This document shows positions 28,748-37,730 of a stretch of DNA of 64,000 bases, piece by piece. Under the pieces are notes generated by a model that ran no database searches, was not told the origin of the DNA, and was given only the letters and a program-made list of their open reading frames with translations. Numbering within the stretch: the first letter of the stretch is position 1; the number at the start of each line of letters is the position of its first letter. The DNA lies in IMG/VR virus record IMGVR_UViG_3300018080_000098, positions 124,001 through 188,000 of that record; one strand, written 5' to 3'. The position numbers and the translations under genes were made by a program.

Positions 28748-30070
28748 ATGGCGAAAGTTAGCCGTTTAAAGGCGCTAGGGAAAATTTCGCGAGCCAACCG
28801 TAGAGCTACGGGAGGTTTGACGGAGGCGGCACACGATGTTGTGCTTGACACCCCTCCTTACTGGGAGAGAGCTTTCCAGGGTTACCGCAGCGCTATGGTG
28901 GTGACGAGTAGCCATTGGCTTTATCAAAACAAATACATTGTCCTTTATGTGAATCCACGAGAGATGTCGTGGAACATGCCAAAGCGTGAAAGCGTGTCAA
29001 AGACAGCTGCTGGCTCGATCAGGAACGCGTGGCGAAACCGTTTCCGTGGCACCTACTACGATGAGCCCACGATAAACATCACTTTCCAAACAGGCAACCT
29101 GATGCCTGGGTCTGGTATTCCAACGCATCTTTTTGGGCGTCGTGGTATTGAGTATTATACAGCAGATAATGGTTCTCAAATCCCTCGTAATATACGGTAT
29201 GGGGAGAACGCAGATGCAGTAGCCCATTTGCTTCAAACTCCTCCTGTTCCTCCTGGATTGAACAATTTCTACGACTTCTTGTCGTTAGTAGACCAACCCA
29301 TGCTTGGTGGCGGCAACGGGGAAAATAGGCACATCTTGCTGTACCGTACGCGGGTGTTTCCCAGGATGCGGTTGGAGGGCTACTTCACAGGGGACCCGAT
29401 CACGTTCACGGAAAGCGCCGACAACGCAAACACGATTACGTGGAATGCCACGTTTATGGTGTACGATTCCTACCCCAAATTCTGGTCCGCCACTGCGTTA
29501 AAAGTGGCTTTCTCAGATGCAATACGCTCCTACGGTGGGATGAGTGAAGTTGTCCCTCGTGACTTTGATCTTGAGGAGTTCCAGCGTTATTGGGAAGAAA
29601 CTCGTGGAGAGGATCTCGAGGATGCAGACCTTCCCTATAAAACAGCGAAACTGGATTCTCAGACTGGTAGGAAAAAGAAGAAGGCTGGATTGGTGGCTAC
29701 CACTCCTGGTAAGACGGCTACCAAGGCAGCAGACAAAATGATTCTAAGTAACGAGGCTATAGCCAGTGATAATGTGTTCGCCACGAAGAAAATCCTCAGC
29801 TCTTACGAAGGCGCAAACGAGCCACCGGGAGACTACGCTGGCAAAACAATAGCACAGACGCAGTACTGGCCAGACATACAGCAGGCGATACAGGACGAAT
29901 TCTTGGCCGGAAGAGACCCCAAAGATCCACCTCCTTCTGTTAGCGAGGTCAATGAGTTTGCCGCAATGTGGATGAAGCAGAATATGCTTCCAGAGGACCA
30001 GGCGCGCTACGGCGATCTGATCCGTCGCCTTGAAGGAGCAAGTGGTCCATCCGGTGTCGCTGGTCCTTAG
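28748..30070 (+). CDS. Putative baseplate/tail-tube-initiator-like protein
   Basis: LYVNPREMSWNMPKRESVSKTAAG...YYDEPTINITFQTG and FTESADNANTITWNATF resemble phage tube/hub folds; start at MAKVSR. Confidence 0.55.
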   Translation: MAKVSRLKALGKISRANRRATGGLTEAAHDVVLDTPPYWERAFQGYRSAMVVTSSHWLYQNKYIVLYVNPREMSWNMPKRESVSKTAAGSIRNAWRNRFRGTYYDEPTINITFQTGNLMPGSGIPTHLFGRRGIEYYTADNGSQIPRNIRYGENADAVAHLLQTPPVPPGLNNFYDFLSLVDQPMLGGGNGENRHILLYRTRVFPRMRLEGYFTGDPITFTESADNANTITWNATFMVYDSYPKFWSATALKVAFSDAIRSYGGMSEVVPRDFDLEEFQRYWEETRGEDLEDADLPYKTAKLDSQTGRKKKKAGLVATTPGKTATKAADKMILSNEAIASDNVFATKKILSSYEGANEPPGDYAGKTIAQTQYWPDIQQAIQDEFLAGRDPKDPPPSVSEVNEFAAMWMKQNMLPEDQARYGDLIRRLEGASGPSGVAGP

Positions 30071-30082
30071 CGGCGCCTTCAG

Positions 30083-31015
30083 TTAGAGCTTCCTTTCCTG
30101 CTCCCGTACTACTTCCCACAACCTGTGCAAGTACTCCTTTGGCATGTTGCCGGGGTCCTTCCCGTCCGGGCACACGAAGTGCTTCACGTCAAACATTTCT
30201 CGCAAGCTAGGGGCGATTTCCAGCCGTGCCGATTCCCCCGCCTCATCCGAGTCCATCGCTAAAATCACCCCTCGAGCTCCAGCGTTCATCATGTGTATCC
30301 TGTTGTCGTCGTGGTAATTTCCCGTCCCCAAGATGGAAAGTGCGGGGATACCATAGTTCACCAGTCGGATAGCATCGTAAGGCCCCTCCACCAACACCAC
30401 CACACGACGCTTCATTTTGATAACGTAATCTAACGGGTACAGAACATCCAACGATGACATATCGGTGGCGTTACGGTAGGGTGTATCCAGCTTCTGCCCC
30501 GGAGGAGCCTTGTCCGTACGTCGTGCTACCCATCCTTCTATTTCTCCGTACATGGGAACGGGAAACAGCACACGCTCACAGCGGTCCCGAGGATTCGAGT
30601 CGTCGTACCACCGCAACGCATCCAGCCTACGCAGCGTATCGTTGGGGACGTGCCGGAACGGTTTCTTCCATGGTTCCACGTCCCAGGGGATGTCTACCGA
30701 TGCGACTGCTTTCTGAATGTGCTTCTCCAGCTGCTTGTTCATCAGCATGAAGGGGTCTGGCATCGCCTCTTCGGACAGCTGGTCGGCGTTAATGTGGGCT
30801 GCCAGAGCGTTCCAGTTGCGTCCCTTCACATGGCAGCCGAAGCACCAGAACATCCCGTCCCAACGTCGGATGGACAAGCTGGGGGTCTTGGCGTCGTGGC
30901 CACGGAAGCAGTAGGTCTTCAGGTTGTCTCTGGTGCTGTCCGCGCCGAAGACAGGCATTCCTTTCGCATTGAGCTGTGCGACGATAAAGTCGGTGAGGTC
31001 GGTGGGGGTGCCCAT
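30083..31015 (-). CDS. dnaG: DNA primase (Zn finger + TOPRIM)
   Basis: CFRGHDAKTPSL...FWCFGC, VLVEGPYDAI, ILAMDSDEAG, GKDPG. Confidence 0.9.
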   Translation of the reverse strand: MGTPTDLTDFIVAQLNAKGMPVFGADSTRDNLKTYCFRGHDAKTPSLSIRRWDGMFWCFGCHVKGRNWNALAAHINADQLSEEAMPDPFMLMNKQLEKHIQKAVASVDIPWDVEPWKKPFRHVPNDTLRRLDALRWYDDSNPRDRCERVLFPVPMYGEIEGWVARRTDKAPPGQKLDTPYRNATDMSSLDVLYPLDYVIKMKRRVVVLVEGPYDAIRLVNYGIPALSILGTGNYHDDNRIHMMNAGARGVILAMDSDEAGESARLEIAPSLREMFDVKHFVCPDGKDPGNMPKEYLHRLWEVVREQERKL

Positions 31016-31079
31016 ATTGTAAAACTATAGTAGCGGCAGCTACTTTGTGCCCTTCATTTTACATCACTAGGAGCCTGTT

Positions 31080-32009
31080 TTGTCAATCTTCGACGTTCCC
31101 AGAGCTGAAAAACTTGACCGGGATCTCAACAAAAGCTTCAACGAAATTAAGTGGATGCGTCGGAAGGTCGAGCATTCCGAGTACATTCAGCTTCGTGCGA
31201 GCAGCTTCCCGATTTGTCCTCGCGCGTACGTTATATACCGTCGTCTTCCAGTACGCAAGCGACCTCGACGTGAGGAGACGTTCATTGCGGAGAGCTCGGC
31301 GTGGATGGGAACTGCGTTGCACTTGGCGTTGCAGAAGTGGTTTGCGCTCGAGGGGCAGCTTCATGGGAACTGGGTGTGCGTGCATTGCAAGCTGATTCGT
31401 CGGCACTGTACGGGGATGCAGAAGTGTCAGAAGTGTGGCCGCGAGATGGTCTACCATGAATACGCCATCAAGCGCACGAAGAGTGTTCCATTCACGGGTC
31501 ACATTGATGGTATTCTGCGTACGCGTACCTGTAACTACCTGATTGACTTCAAGGGTTCAAGTTTGGATAAGATACGTAATTTCCGAGCGGATGGGAGGCC
31601 GAAGGAGTCTCACTATCTGCAGATCAATGCGTACGCGAATGTGGTGAATGACAACCTGGCGGAGTATGGGTTAAAGGAAAAGCTGAGGAAGATAATTATT
31701 ATCTACGTAGACAGGGGCACGCCTTGGAAGACGTGGTTGCCACTCCAGGTACCTATCAACCGTCAGGTGTACAACGATGTGCTTGGGCGGATACGTCTTG
31801 CGCAGGAGTGTCTGAAGACGGGCAAGGTGCCTCGCGGTTTGTGCACTGCACCGTCCGACGATTACGCTAAGTACTGTCCTTGGCGCACGGTTTGTTTTTC
31901 GCCTGCTGTAGAGGGAATCCTGAGCAGGAAGGTAGAGATTGAGGGTCATCCTCAGGAGGTGTCTGAGCACGAGCTTTTCCTTCTCGCATCGTTTTTGGAA
32001 TCGCACTAG
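31080..32009 (+). CDS. Cas4-like / PD-(D/E)XK exonuclease
   Basis: ICPR...GTALH, TGHIDG...LIDFKG, HYLQINAY, C-terminal C...YCPWRTVC Fe-S-type cysteines. Confidence 0.85.
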   Translation: MSIFDVPRAEKLDRDLNKSFNEIKWMRRKVEHSEYIQLRASSFPICPRAYVIYRRLPVRKRPRREETFIAESSAWMGTALHLALQKWFALEGQLHGNWVCVHCKLIRRHCTGMQKCQKCGREMVYHEYAIKRTKSVPFTGHIDGILRTRTCNYLIDFKGSSLDKIRNFRADGRPKESHYLQINAYANVVNDNLAEYGLKEKLRKIIIIYVDRGTPWKTWLPLQVPINRQVYNDVLGRIRLAQECLKTGKVPRGLCTAPSDDYAKYCPWRTVCFSPAVEGILSRKVEIEGHPQEVSEHELFLLASFLESH

Positions 32010-32027
32010 CAGAGAAAGGATAGACAG

Positions 32028-32504
32028 ATGTCTGATCAGGACCAGGTCATTGAAGAAGTCGACGAAGAGATTGAGAGATCAGACGAAGAGCTCCAGCCGC
32101 CGGGTTTTCAGTGCGCGGCGGATTTCGTGGATGCTGAGATTGACTTATTGGACGATGGTTCAATAAGTGATTTGAGTGTGGAAGCGCTGGTAACACTCAC
32201 AGTGTTGCGCATTGTGGACAACCCGGATGAACTGCGTGTGAACATCACTCGAGCGAGCAGGATGACTGTCATCGAGTTGGACGTTCACGAGGACGACTTG
32301 GGGAAGGTCATCGGGAAGTACGGGCACACGATTGACGCCATTCGTTCGATAGCTCGTTCCGCAGCTGGGGAATCACCTATCGAGTATGACATCGTGCCGT
32401 TGGAGAAGGGGAAGCCCCCAGCGCGCAACCGGCGTCGTCGTGGGAACCACAACAACTGGCGCAGGTATCGTGGTGCAGATCGCCGTCGGCACTACAATCG
32501 ATAG
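32028..32504 (+). CDS. khpA: KH-domain RNA-binding protein, KhpA-like, with acidic N-tail and Arg-rich C-tail
   Basis: IELDVHEDDLGKVIGKYGHTIDAIRSIARSAA fits the KhpA pattern with an intact GxxG loop. Confidence 0.8.
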   Translation: MSDQDQVIEEVDEEIERSDEELQPPGFQCAADFVDAEIDLLDDGSISDLSVEALVTLTVLRIVDNPDELRVNITRASRMTVIELDVHEDDLGKVIGKYGHTIDAIRSIARSAAGESPIEYDIVPLEKGKPPARNRRRRGNHNNWRRYRGADRRRHYNR

Positions 32505-33122
32505 CTAGGGAATTTCAACGAGGTCGCCGCCTCGGTCGGGGGAGACGAATTTTTTGGGTGGGATTCGTTGGTGGGCAGGTTTCTGCGCCATCCGGGTAAG
32601 CTGTTGTTTGGCAGCTGCTGTTTTCGCCTCTTGCATGGCCTCCATGCGTCGCGCTGCCAGGTCGTCTGTTTGCTGCAGGGCGAACTTGGAAGCGTTTATC
32701 AGGTGCTTGCAAAGGTGGGGGAACATCTGGCGGTTTCGTACGATGGGCAGTTGCCCATTTGACTGTAGAATAGACGAACTATTATAACGTGTTAGGCACA
32801 CTTCGAGCGAGAAGCAGAACATTGGGCAGGAACACCAGACCCAGACGGGTGTAGTGGGTTCTGGGGGCCCGTAAAAGCGTACGTAGCTGATTCGTTTTCC
32901 GTCTGTACATACGGAGTAGAAGCGTACTTCGTTGTAGAAGATCCGGTCTGGGCTGTAAACTCTTTTGAATCCGTCACGGCTGCCAACGTTGTACTCTTTA
33001 CGAATCGTGTGACACTGTTGGTTGGCTCGCTTGATGACTTCAGGGTACCTCGCGTTGGTAGCGAAGATGAGCTGCTTGAGGTTCATGCGCCGAACAGGTG
33101 TAGCGGCGTATTTCTTGGGCAT
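32505..33122 (-). CDS. SWIM-type Zn-finger protein
   Basis: VWCSCPMF...LCKHL (CxC-n-CxH). Confidence 0.7.
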   Translation of the reverse strand: MPKKYAATPVRRMNLKQLIFATNARYPEVIKRANQQCHTIRKEYNVGSRDGFKRVYSPDRIFYNEVRFYSVCTDGKRISYVRFYGPPEPTTPVWVWCSCPMFCFSLEVCLTRYNSSSILQSNGQLPIVRNRQMFPHLCKHLINASKFALQQTDDLAARRMEAMQEAKTAAAKQQLTRMAQKPAHQRIPPKKFVSPDRGGDLVEIP

Positions 33123-33154
33123 AATATTTGTACCTTGCGGTTTCTGTTTGACTT

Positions 33155-33164
33155 CTTGTAAAAT
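33155..33164 (+). promoter_or_regulatory. TTGTAAAA element (representative copy; 13 copies listed in findings)
   Basis: CTTGTAAAAT upstream of the sigma-factor gene; the same core precedes many DNA-metabolism genes. Confidence 0.65.
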
Positions 33165-33232
33165 TTAATACAAGATTTGGGATCAGGGTCCTACTTCAGA
33201 GGATAACTAACCCTGCTGGATAGGTCAAGCGG

Positions 33233-34678
33233 ATGCATGCGGTAAATCATTCTCAAGCGGAAAACTGGAGTACTTTTAATGACTTAGCCAAGAGGACTCT
33301 TGAATATGATCCTTTGGTGAAAGAGGATCTAACTCGGACGTTCCTCCAAATCGAACAGTTGATATTCAAGGGTGTAGACTATCTCCTGATGGCTACTACG
33401 TTCGTGGAAGACAATTTGTGCTATCTTCTCGCAGAGATAGCGTCTGGAGTCATTAAGAGCCGGAAGGTCTACAAGGGGAAACGGGTCCGCCGACGAGTTG
33501 CCATGAACGACGAGATAGAAATGGGCGCTGAAAACAAGCGGATCTTCGGTATCGGCTTCGATCTCTTCAAACTCTCACGCATGGATCGCCAACACGCAGT
33601 TCCCTTCTCCAAACGTATCATTCGCACACTCCGCATTTCTACCAGCCACTACGAAAACATCCTTACCGCGTTCGCTAAGGTGGGCGCCCGCTACATTGAA
33701 GTATCCGACGATCTCGCCCACACTACCCTGCGCTTGATCAACCAACGCCAGAAAAACGAGAAGCGTGCTACGAAAAAGGGAGCAGCTTCCGAAACAGCGC
33801 TTACCAAGCAGGCCGAAGAGTTCATCGATCAAATGGACCTCCTCGAGCTCGATATGGGGTGCGTTGAGCCCAATCTTCTCTACGGCACCATCCGCGCAGT
33901 AGTTCGCATCCTGAAGCGCGTGCGCGTTCTGCAAGAGCGCATTCTGAAAGCGTACTCCCGTTTGGTGCTGAAGCCAGTGAAAGGCCGCGCACAAACAGAG
34001 ATGGAGGCCCTTGACCTGTTTCAATCAGGTAGCCTGGGCCTCTCACGCGCCATCTCCTTGTACGATCTCCGCTGCGGCACCAGCTTCCCTACCTTCGCAA
34101 ATTGGTGGATACGTCAGAAAATACTCGGGAGCGCGAAGCACAGCGGTTCCCTCATCAAGTTACCTGGTTCCGTAATCGAACGCTACCAGGAGATCACGAA
34201 AGCTGAACGTTTCTTTGAATCCAACCCCGACCTCCGCGATTCTTATACTATAGAAGATGTAGCCGCACGTTGCAAAACTACAGCCAAGTCCGTCGAGCTT
34301 GTACTCCGAAAAGTGCGCAGCACCCGTGTGGTCTCTCTAGAGTCGATGGTGAGCAGCAACGAGGAGGGGTACGAAAGTGACCTGGCAGCCGACCGAGCTC
34401 TGCTTGATGAGTCAATGGAAGAAGAGGAGGCGCTTCAGGCCACCTCCGAGTTCGTTTCTCAAGTACTCAGTCATGTAGAGGAAAGCCAACGCAACCTCGT
34501 GTGCCTGCGTTACGGAATCATTGAGCGCGTGGTATCTAAACTTGACCCTCGTCAAGAGGTACGTGAGCTCTTCCGCCAAGCTGCATGCAAAGCTTTGCTG
34601 CAGCAGAAGATGTCGATGCGTGCTAACAGCCATCTAGCGATGCTCCGGGTGGAGGAGCTTCCCGCCGACCAAAAATAG
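33233..34678 (+). CDS. Phage RNA polymerase sigma factor (RpoD/sigma70 family)
   Basis: Region 2 DLFQSGSLGLSRAISLYDLRCGTSFPTFANWWIRQKI, LIKLP, region 3 TIEDVAARC...VVSLE; region 4 degenerate. Confidence 0.88.
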   Translation: MHAVNHSQAENWSTFNDLAKRTLEYDPLVKEDLTRTFLQIEQLIFKGVDYLLMATTFVEDNLCYLLAEIASGVIKSRKVYKGKRVRRRVAMNDEIEMGAENKRIFGIGFDLFKLSRMDRQHAVPFSKRIIRTLRISTSHYENILTAFAKVGARYIEVSDDLAHTTLRLINQRQKNEKRATKKGAASETALTKQAEEFIDQMDLLELDMGCVEPNLLYGTIRAVVRILKRVRVLQERILKAYSRLVLKPVKGRAQTEMEALDLFQSGSLGLSRAISLYDLRCGTSFPTFANWWIRQKILGSAKHSGSLIKLPGSVIERYQEITKAERFFESNPDLRDSYTIEDVAARCKTTAKSVELVLRKVRSTRVVSLESMVSSNEEGYESDLAADRALLDESMEEEEALQATSEFVSQVLSHVEESQRNLVCLRYGIIERVVSKLDPRQEVRELFRQAACKALLQQKMSMRANSHLAMLRVEELPADQK

Positions 34679-34785
34679 CCCAGACGTGTAGAAACCACAC
34701 CTTCTCTTGTAAAATACGAGAAGGCAGAACACTGCTGAGCTGTGACACGGAATCACTACCGTTTACCGGATACTGAAAGGAGCCA

Positions 34786-36078
34786 GTGAGCATGGCAAAG
34801 AAAACACCGTATGGTAGAGGACGCAGATCGATTTCTAACGCCCCCGGTGGCGGAAATTATGCCGAGAAGTGGCATCAGAAGCTGGATTATTTGGAGAAGC
34901 CGAAGAACAAGAAGCCGAAGGAGATTCGAATTGTCGGTGGGCTGTTCACCATTTTCCAGCACTTCGTCCGCTTCAAGCGCAAGGACGGCAGCAAGGGTGG
35001 TTTTTACGAGGTTTGCCCGGATTTCGATTGGGAGACTGGAGAATTTCGTAAGGGGCCCGATGCGGTGTGCCCGCTGTGCGCGGATTTCCAAGCGGATGAC
35101 CTTCCGCAGGATTTGCGCCTGCTAGGGTCCTTCCGTTACTACATGGACGTTTTCGATGTGTCTGCCGCGAAGGAAGGCCGCAAGGACGGTCTTTTCGGGG
35201 TCGTTTTCACCAACAAGTATGGAAAGAACGACCTGGCAACGATCGGGGACATCCTGGGCGCCGAGGTTGATGATCTCAAGAACGGCTGCACGGTACACTG
35301 GCACTACAACGATAAAGCACAGGACCCGAAGGACCGCGTGCGCTTCTATCAGGGCAACAAGCTGCCGGTCGGGTTCGACGAGGACAAAGGAGTTTTCGTT
35401 CTGAAGGGTGGAGGGATGCGCTTCGAGGGCAACCCGACGCCGTTCGACGAGATTGTGGAAGTGAAGAGCGCCGACGATATCCGAGCCGACCTGAAGCGGT
35501 TGGGTCTGTACAAGAAGCTGGACGAGGTGCTCGAGGTGGTGGCGAGTCGGGAGGAGAACACGGGTGGCCGTGGGAACGCTTCTCGGGATGCTTCTTCGGG
35601 TGGCTGGGGTGATAATGAGCAGTCCGAGGAACCCCGTCGGCAGAGGCAACAACGTTCCTCCGGTAATAAGGGTGGGAGTAAGCAGGAATCGTTCTCTTCC
35701 GACAGTGGTTGGGGTGACGACTCGTCTGGTTCTGAGGAGCTCGAGACCGCTCCCGCTGACGAAGGGTGGGGCGACGATAGCCAAGCTTCTTCCTCCTCTT
35801 CAAATGAAGGGTGGGGAGAGGAGAGCAGCTCCTCTTCCTCCGACGAAGGTTGGGGCGAAGATTCTTCTAGTGGTGGAAACGGCGCTTCCGATGAAGGGTG
35901 GGGAGAGGAGAGCAAAGCGTCTTCCTCTGATGACAGCTGGGGCGAAGCTCCTTCTGGTGGCGGCGATAGCGCTCCCACACACGACGACAGCTTCTTCGGG
36001 AGTGACGAGGGGTGGGGAGATGACTCTTCTAGCGGCTCCTCCAGTAAATCTTCGGGCGACGACCCTGATGGGTGGTAG
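34786..36078 (+). CDS. ssDNA-binding protein (gp32-like) with long acidic Ser/Gly GW-repeat tail
   Basis: FYEVC...CPLC core, aromatic-rich OB-like body, long acidic tail, position just upstream of recA. Confidence 0.65.
   Translation: MSMAKKTPYGRGRRSISNAPGGGNYAEKWHQKLDYLEKPKNKKPKEIRIVGGLFTIFQHFVRFKRKDGSKGGFYEVCPDFDWETGEFRKGPDAVCPLCADFQADDLPQDLRLLGSFRYYMDVFDVSAAKEGRKDGLFGVVFTNKYGKNDLATIGDILGAEVDDLKNGCTVHWHYNDKAQDPKDRVRFYQGNKLPVGFDEDKGVFVLKGGGMRFEGNPTPFDEIVEVKSADDIRADLKRLGLYKKLDEVLEVVASREENTGGRGNASRDASSGGWGDNEQSEEPRRQRQQRSSGNKGGSKQESFSSDSGWGDDSSGSEELETAPADEGWGDDSQASSSSSNEGWGEESSSSSSDEGWGEDSSSGGNGASDEGWGEESKASSSDDSWGEAPSGGGDSAPTHDDSFFGSDEGWGDDSSSGSSSKSSGDDPDGW
35602..36078 (+). repeat. Imperfect (D/E)-x-G-W-G peptide repeats
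   Basis: 7 x GWG, 1 x SWG and a terminal GW, separated by Ser/Asp/Glu spacers; DNA unit like GA(C/T)GA(A/G)GG(G/T)TGGGG. Confidence 0.85.
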
Positions 36079-36098
36079 CAGGTTTCTCGAGCAAGCTA

Positions 36099-36446
36099 GT
36101 GTGCATCGATAGAACTATCAGAGATTTCGCAGGGAATGTTTACCCCGTTTCGTGGGATGCCGCGCTGGCCCTCCGTGACCTGGGAGCTGAGTTTTTCCTG
36201 CTTGTGTCTAATGATAGTCCTTTGTGTGATCGCTTCGAGAAAACTTTGTTGGGGTTCCTTCAGCACCAGAAACTATTGGTGTACGTGGCCAGAGTTTCTG
36301 TTGCTGAAGACCCCACCGCTGCAGTGCACTTGGGAGTTACGTACGTACCCCAAGTGCGCTTCTACCGAGATGGCGAGGAGATTGGACGTCATCGAGGATT
36401 GGCGTCCTACGAAACCTTCTCCCGTCTTATCGGTTTGATGGAGTAA
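36099..36446 (+). CDS. Thioredoxin-fold protein lacking CxxC
   Basis: SPLCDRF...LGVTYVPQVRFYRDGEEIGRHRG; start GTG uncertain. Confidence 0.6.
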   Translation: MCIDRTIRDFAGNVYPVSWDAALALRDLGAEFFLLVSNDSPLCDRFEKTLLGFLQHQKLLVYVARVSVAEDPTAAVHLGVTYVPQVRFYRDGEEIGRHRGLASYETFSRLIGLME

Positions 36447-36452
36447 CACAGC

Positions 36453-37730
36453 ATGGGCGCGAAGAAAAAAGCCAAGCCTGTCATCGTGCATCCAGCGGAA
36501 GCTGCGTCCGCAGCATTCGACGAGATGACCGAACTCGACTGTATCAACCTACGCCAGGGACAGCGAGTAAAAGATGTTCTGTCTACCGGCAGCCTGTCGC
36601 TAGACCTGATTCTTGGAGGTGGCTTTAAACCAGGTCTTATGGGCACCATCTTCGGTCCCGAAGGTAGCGGCAAATCCACGCTTCTGCTTTCCATCCTTGC
36701 CAGCTCGCAGCTGCTGAATATCCCTGCATGCCTCTACGACCCTGAAGCAGGTTCGGACCCCGTGTACATGCGCACGATGGGCATCGATCTCAACTACCAA
36801 ATCAAATACAAAGAAGGAAAAAAGACCCACACCCGCTCAGGCTTCTTCTACACACAGCCCGATACAGGGGAAGCAGTTTACCGCCACATCCTTCGAGTGC
36901 TCAGCAAACTGCCTATCGTGGATGATGGACCACCCCGTATGCTGTTCCTCATAGACAGCTTTGCCGGTATGGGCAGCGAAGAAGTCGATGAGGTTGGCGA
37001 TGGAGGACGCATCGCAGATGAAGCCCGTATGCACAGCTACTTCCTTAAAAGGGTTGTTCCCCGCCTGCGCCGACGAGGAGCTCTCCTCATCGGTACAAAC
37101 CAGATGCGCACTAATATCGGTGGCTACGGAGCCCCCCAACAAGAAGCTGGCGGCAAAGCGCTTCGATTCTGGCCAGGCTACAAAATCCGCTCCTCTGTGA
37201 AGCGCGTAGAACCCGATAAGATTGGTGTTCAGACAGTGCCAGTCATCTGGCGTACCACGAAGAACAAAGCGTTCCCTCCCTTCCGCAGTACAGACATGCG
37301 TCTGATGCTTGGTAGGGGACTCGATAAATCGTACGACGCCTTCTACTTCTTGAAGCACCTTGGGCTTCTCGAAATCCGTGCTGGCAAGCAGAAGATCCAT
37401 ATCGATGGGTACGATAACAAGGTACTCAGTTGGGCAGATTTCCGTCGCACCGTAGAGCAACCCAGTTTCCGCGATATGTGCTTCGCGATGCTCCGGGAGA
37501 ACTCTACGTACAAAACGTACTTCGAGAACAGCAACGAAGCAACCTACTTCTACGACGCCGACTATGACGACCCTGACGACCCTTCCGAAGATGATCTCAA
37601 GCAGCAGGTAGAAGACGAAGCAGCTGAGTACGCAGAGGGTCGACAAAAACGTCTCAAAGCTGGTAAAAAGCCTGCCAGCAAAAGCAAGCGAGAAGACCAC
37701 GAAAGTGTAAGCTTCGACGAATCGTTCTGA
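36453..37730 (+). CDS. recA: RecA/UvsX recombinase
   Basis: STGSLSLDLILGGG, IFGPEGSGKSTL, IDSFA, NQMR, GGKALRFW, KNK. Confidence 0.95.
   Translation: MGAKKKAKPVIVHPAEAASAAFDEMTELDCINLRQGQRVKDVLSTGSLSLDLILGGGFKPGLMGTIFGPEGSGKSTLLLSILASSQLLNIPACLYDPEAGSDPVYMRTMGIDLNYQIKYKEGKKTHTRSGFFYTQPDTGEAVYRHILRVLSKLPIVDDGPPRMLFLIDSFAGMGSEEVDEVGDGGRIADEARMHSYFLKRVVPRLRRRGALLIGTNQMRTNIGGYGAPQQEAGGKALRFWPGYKIRSSVKRVEPDKIGVQTVPVIWRTTKNKAFPPFRSTDMRLMLGRGLDKSYDAFYFLKHLGLLEIRAGKQKIHIDGYDNKVLSWADFRRTVEQPSFRDMCFAMLRENSTYKTYFENSNEATYFYDADYDDPDDPSEDDLKQQVEDEAAEYAEGRQKRLKAGKKPASKSKREDHESVSFDESF

Noticed and set aside
31080-32009. CRISPR-Cas system suggested by the Cas4-like gene
   Set aside because: No repeat-spacer array or other cas genes; solo Cas4-like exonucleases are common in phage recombination modules.
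35602-36078. GW repeats as an Argonaute hook
   Set aside because: GW hooks are established for eukaryotic Ago partners; there is no Argonaute in the window and nothing beyond the dipeptide supports it.
14132-37730. Inteins or introns in dnaB, nrdJ or recA
   Set aside because: Lengths are ordinary, motifs are contiguous, and no intein splice-junction or LAGLIDADG/HNH blocks were seen.
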